The position numbers and the translations under genes are program-made. A model generated the notes under the pieces. It saw nothing but the letters and a program-made list of their open reading frames with translations. It had not been told where the DNA came from and ran no database searches. Positions 61,975 through 64,000 of a DNA stretch of 64,000 bases are shown one piece after another. The DNA comes from Mobula hypostoma (Eukaryota), in NCBI RefSeq assembly GCF_963921235.1, contig NC_086118.1, positions 51,646,001 through 51,710,000 on the forward strand. The letters are read 5' to 3'. The stretch's first letter is position 1. Each line of letters begins with the position of its first letter.

Positions 61975-63167
61975 TAGTGGTCCCCAACCACCAGGCCGCA
62001 AAGGATGTGCTACCGGGCCACGAGGAAACGATATGATTTGGCGATAGGAGTCAGCTGCACCTTTTCTCATTCCCTGTCACGCACTGTTGAGCTTGAACGC
62101 ACGGGAGGTCATTACCCGCGTGTCATCCATGTCAGCGCGGGAAGGAGATCAACTCCTCGAGCTTGCAAATGATGGCGGGCTGAAAAGTATTTTGACATAA
62201 CATCTCTGCCGGCATTCTGGATCAAAGTCAAGGCTAAATATCCTGAGATAGTCACGAAAGCACTGAAAACGTTGCTTCCAACATATTTCTGCGAAGCGGA
62301 GTTTTCTGCAATGAATGCAACGAAAACTAAATTGCGGAATAGACTGGACATAAGGAACCTCCTTCGGGTATCGCTGTCTCCCATCACCCCTCAATGGGAC
62401 CGTCTTGTTGCAAGCAAACAAGTCCAGGGCTCCCACTGATTCAGCGATATTGGTGTGTTGCAATGATTTTATATGTTCATACAAGGAAAATATGCGCTGT
62501 GTGTTTAATATCCAAACGTTACTTAAAATGTAATGATGCTATTGACTTATATAACCATATAACAATTACAGCACGGAAGCAGGCGTTCTCTCCCCTTCTA
62601 GTCCGTGCCAAACGCTACTCTCACCTAGTCCCACCGACCTGCACTCAGCCCATAACCCTCCATTCCTTTCCTGTCCATATACCTGTCCAATTTTTCTTTA
62701 AATGATAATATCGAACCTGCCTCTACCACTTCTACTGGAAGTTCATTCAACACTTACTTCAAGCTCCCCTGATAACTGACTTATCACTATATTAATGCGA
62801 GGAAAATATGCAGTATGTTTAATATTGAATTCATTAGATAAACCTTTTTAGAAACGAAATTGAGTGTATTAGCTGCTTATCACCTATATTCCGGTCGTGA
62901 TTAACAATCCCCCTCCCCACCCCCCTCTGAACAGAATTGCCAACAATGATTTGTGGAAAAAAATCCGCACGTACACGCGTGCGCATTGGTGCCCGTGCAA
63001 GGCTTCATGGTCATGGTAGTCTTTCTCGGGGTAAACACAACGTATTTGACTGCTACTCTTGGCCGTTGGCAACCCTACCCACCCCCCCCACCCCCGGGTT
63101 AGCCGGTCCACAAGAATATTGTCAATATTAAACCGGTCCACAGTACAAAAAAGGTTGGGGACCCCCG
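61975..63167 (+). mobile_element. hAT (Charlie/Buster-type) deletion derivative with transposase C-terminal remnant
   Basis: TIRs TAGTGGTCCCCAACC / GGTTGGGGACCCCCG with 8-bp TSD GGTTAGAA (61967-61974, 63168-63175). Remnant FWIKVKAKYPEI...CEAEFSAM..TKTKLRNRLD...KQVQGSH* ends at 62439. Splits a CR1 fragment. Confidence 0.9.
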
Positions 63168-64000
63168 GGTTAGAAGAATTGGGGTGGGGAGATCTGACTG
63201 AAACCAAATTGAATATTGTGGGGTGTAGATGGAGTGGACGTGGAGAGGTTGTTTCCAGTAGAGGGGAATCCAGGACGAGAGCCTCAATAGGATACTGCTT
63301 TGGAAAAGAGATGAGGATTTTCTTTAGCTAGAGAGCGGAGAGCCTGTGGAATTAATTGCCACACAGCTATGGAGGCCAAGTCATTGGGTATATTTAAAGC
63401 AGAGGTTGATAATTTCTTAATTAGTAAGGGCATCAAAGGTTATGGGGAGAAGGCAGGAAAATAGGCCTAGCAGGATAATAAATCGGCCATGATGGATTGG
63501 CAGAGCGGACTTGATGGGCCGAATGGCGTAATTCTGCCATTATATCTTGTGGTCTGGGTGGGAGTAAGGAAGTGGGTGACGGATATGTGGGGAGGAGACT
63601 GCACCATCCTCCTGTGCAGCTAAGTCTGAACTCGGTTGATTGGGGTGTGGTGGGGCGCGTGCACAGGCTGAATCCACTGTACTGCCTCCTGCAGGGTTTG
63701 GGCTGACGTACAGGGCCGGTCTCTCCTCTCTGGTCACAACTCTCCAAGCTCCCTTCGCCCCGAGTAGGGTATCCTAACCCTCTCCTTTATGGCCTGAACT
63801 AATGTGGATGACCTCAATCACCAAAACTCTTAATTGATTGTATGACCTCTAGACTCACTTTCAAGGACTCTTTACAACTCGTGGTCTCAGTTTTAATCTG
63901 TATTTGTACAGTTTGTCTTTTGCACACTGGCTGTTTGTCAGTCTTTATAGTTTTTCATAAAATTCAATTTTTTTGCAAGTGGAAGGAAACGAATGTCAAG

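Overview
Repeat-dense vertebrate genomic DNA, most likely a cartilaginous fish (ray or shark), inferred from V-SINE/HE1-like SINEs plus abundant CR1, Rex1/Babar and Penelope remnants. Three protein-coding genes were reconstructed by eye with GT-AG splice sites. NPB (neuropeptide B; minus strand) is complete: 2 coding exons, 131 aa. SGSH (sulfamidase; minus strand) is complete: 8 exons, 510 aa. SLC26A11 (plus strand) contributes its first two coding exons and lies head-to-head with SGSH across a promoter carrying an inverted pair of CLEAR/M-box motifs. Most ORFs in the supplied track are retroelement fragments, antisense shadows or tandem-repeat artefacts. The most notable unannotated signal is a ~560-bp non-coding, RTE-like retroposon (2899-3462, minus) whose 5' end folds into a complete HDV-like ribozyme with an extra hairpin in L3. 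A diverged second copy near 17.8 kb shows compensatory base changes. Other findings are ~100-bp insertions bearing minimal hammerhead motifs, a minisatellite built from the SLC26A11 splice acceptor, TE-supplied SGSH splice acceptors, an in-frame uORF before SLC26A11 and possible decayed NPB-paralog relics. There is one assembly gap (36959-37220). All calls were made by manual reading, without database searches.
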